Of a stretch of DNA of 64,000 nucleotides, positions 61,198 to 64,000 are shown one piece after another; positions within the stretch are counted from its first letter, which is position 1; each line of letters opens with the position of its first letter. The notes under the pieces were generated by a model, which did not search any database, had not been told where the DNA came from, and saw only the letters and a program-made list of their open reading frames with translations. A program made the translations under genes and the position numbers. Source of the DNA: Torpedo marmorata (Eukaryota); NCBI GenBank assembly GCA_977017645.1, contig OZ360222.1, forward strand, positions 107,322,001-107,386,000. The letters run 5' to 3'.

Positions 61198-64000
61198 CCT
61201 CCCACCCACAAAGAAAATTTTGGTCTGCAAGAACAAAATTTTGGAAAGTAATTGAGGTGTCACAATATAAACAAAATCTACAATGTTCATCCACAAATAC
61301 AAAATATGAACTATTTTCATTGATAAAGTTTAACATTTAGAAAGACAATCAGCAATTACATTATCTTTCCCTTTTATATGTGTGATTACCAAATTATATA
61401 CTTGCAAAATTAGTCTCCAATTCAACAACCGTCGATTCTTATTTTTCATTTTACAAAGAAAAACCAATGGATTATGGTCAGTATACACTATGAGTGGTTT
61501 TTGAGCTGTACAGGTATACACATCAAAGTGTTGTAGAGCCAACACAAGAGCCAACAACTCTTTTTCTATGGTTGAATAATTCCTTTGATGATCATTGAAC
61601 TTCTTCGAGAAGTAGGATACCGGATGGTCAATGTCCTCTTCGTTCTTCTTCTGTAACAGCACCGCACCCACAGCTTCATCGCTGGCATCCACGGCTAAAG
61701 AAAACGACTGTTCTAAATTAGGTGACTTAAGCACAGGTTGGTGGCATAACGTGGCTTTCAATTTGACAAATGCTTCCTGACAACCTGTTGACATACAAAT
61801 TTTTCTTTCTTTCTAAGCAAATTTGTGAGATGGAGCGCAAGATCAGCAAAGTTTTTACTGAACTTGCGGTAGTAGCCAATCATTCCCAGGAACCTCCTCA
61901 GAGTTTTCTTACTAGTTGGAACAGGGAACTCGGAAATAGTCACAACCTTTGCCTCTACTGGCGCCAACTTCCCCTGTCCTACTACATAACTCAGAGAATT
62001 AACAGTCCCATGACCCTCTCTGAAACTGGTTTTATCTGTCTCCTCCTTACCCCTGTCAATAACCAGCATCTCTGGTAAATGTTCAGTCCCTTTTTGAGGC
62101 ACCTGTTCAAAATACGGCTTAATCATATTCACATGACAGACCTGTGTGTCTCGTCTGCGATTAGGTGTTTCTATGACATAGGTGACATCATTAATTTTTG
62201 ACTTAACTCTATCGGGTCCTGAAAATCTATTTGAATGGATGGGAAACAGAACTAATACGTTCTCACCAGGTTTAAAAGTTCTCATCTTCGCCTTTCGATC
62301 ATACCAAACCTTCATTCTCCGTTGAGTGGCCTTTAAATTCTCCTTTGCCATCTCACAAGCCCTATGCAATCGATCCTTAAATTTGGAAACATAATCTAAC
62401 AGATTTAAATGCACATCACGATTAATCCACTGTTCTTTTAATAATCTTAAAAGACCTCTCACCTCATGTCCGAAAACTAACTCAAATGGACTAAAACCAA
62501 GTGAGTCTTGGACAGACTCCCTCGCTGCAAATAACAACAAATGAACCCCCTCATCCCAATCCTTTTCCTTTTCACAACAATAAGTTCTAATCATGTTCTT
62601 CAAAGTCGAATGGAACCTCTCCAAGGCCCCTTGACTTTCTGGATGGTATGCAGAGGATACAATCTGTTTAACTCCCAGTCCATCAACCACTTGCTGGAAA
62701 ACGCCTGACATGAAATTACTGCCCTGATCTGATTGAATTTCCCTTGGCAAACCTACCAAGGTGAAAAACTTTACCATAGCCTTTACAAATGTCTTTGCTT
62801 TAATGTTTCTCAGAGGAATGGCCTCTGGAAATCTGGTGGCTGCACACATAATTGTTAACAAATACTCATTCCCCGCTTTGGTTTTGGGCAATGGGCCAAC
62901 AGAGTCCACAATTACTCTCGAGAAAGGCTCACTGAAAGCAGGGATAGGTTGCAAGGGTGCCACCGGGGGACCCTGATTACGTTTACCCACCACCTGACAA
63001 GAGTGACAGGCCCGGCAAAAGCTTACAACCTCTCTTCTCAAACTGGGCCAATAAAATTGTTTCATTATCTTCCTTATAGTTTTCTTCACCCCAAGATGAC
63101 CACCTAAGGGTGTACTATGAGCCAAAGTTATTATTGCATCCCTATATACTTTAGGGAACACAACCTGCTGCACTACTGCCCATTCTTCATTGGCAGGAAC
63201 ATCACATGGTCTCCACTTTCTCATCAACACCCCATCTTTTTCATAATAACCTACTGGAACCTTCTTAATCTCCTCTTCAGAGAGAACCTTATCCCTCACC
63301 TCAGCAAGATCAGGATCGTCCTTTTGCCTTGCTATTAACTCCTGTCGGGATAGTGACAAATCTGTGCCTTTAGGTGTCTTATCAGTGGATGGGTGTAACA
63401 TAGGAGATTGCTCAACCTTTTCCAGGTTTTCTTGATTTTATCACTGTCTTTTTCTTTCACCATGTTATTTTCCTCTGCCTTTTCTACAGTGACATTTTTC
63501 TTAGACATGGCCCTGGTTATGGCACATGCCGGATAAATATCAGAGTCTTTCTCTGACTTATCAATGACTGGCTTAGTGGTCATTCGCACTGCAGGAACTA
63601 CTTTACCCTTGGCCAAGTCATTGCCTAACAACAGTGAGACTCCTTCTACTGGCAACTCTGATCTCACTCCTATTATAACTGGTCCTTCCACCAAGTCTGA
63701 GTCCAATTCTATTTTGTGCAAAGGAATGGACTCAACTTCACCACCAATTCCTTTAACTAAATTTATGTCACCGGTGTCAGTAGCTTCACAAATTTCCAAG
63801 ACACTATCTAACACAAGTGACTGAGCAGCTCCAGTATCTCGCAAGATTTTCACTGGAACTTGTTTTGATCCTGCCTTAACTGAAACAAAACCATCAGTCA
63901 CAAAAGGTTTAAATACATCTTTAACTTTGTCAGTAAATTTATCTCCTTCCTGGGTGTTATGCATCTCCTCACTCTGAATACAAGCATTAGGTGTTGCATC
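60337..64000 (-). mobile_element. Gmr1-like Ty3/Gypsy LTR retrotransposon, internally deleted, continues beyond the window
   Basis: Protease ILRDTGA (63335..63964). Integrase H..GGHLG..C..C and IVDSVGP/SDQG/GALER (61758..63401). RT C-terminal FLGMIGYYRKF. Gypsy-type RNase H VDASD..GAVL/YSTIEKELLA/YTDHNPL (61330..61794). Frameshifts between the pieces. Confidence 0.93.

Noticed and set aside
29213-64000. Equivalent of the human erythroid GATA1/TAL1 intron-2 enhancer, or BCL11A exon 2
   Set aside because: No recognisable match by eye. Scattered GATA words are expected by chance, and exon 2 presumably lies beyond the window.

Overview
Repeat-rich vertebrate genomic DNA. The SINE and LINE families point to a cartilaginous fish, probably a ray (inference). 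The only host gene I can support is BCL11A on the minus strand: the large terminal zinc-finger exon (29212-27198), a ~2.6 kb 3'UTR ending near 24590 with one 157-N assembly gap, and more than 34 kb of upstream intron. The rest is transposable-element sequence. It includes Rex1/Babar-like, CR1 (HER1-like), L2/CR1-group and L1/Tx1 LINEs (three L1s with 15-16 bp TSDs), tRNA-derived V-SINE/HE1-like SINEs, ancient AmnSINE2- and Deu-like relics, and Penelope-like elements carrying minimal hammerhead ribozyme motifs. There are also non-autonomous hAT and piggyBac elements and a Gmr1-type Gypsy LTR element with its RT core deleted. The most unusual item is a two-copy hairpin MITE with hAT termini whose arms are built from the 3' tail of the local SINE; one copy carries a 28-bp duplication mirrored in both arms. 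Family names are from recognition by eye, and no database search was run.
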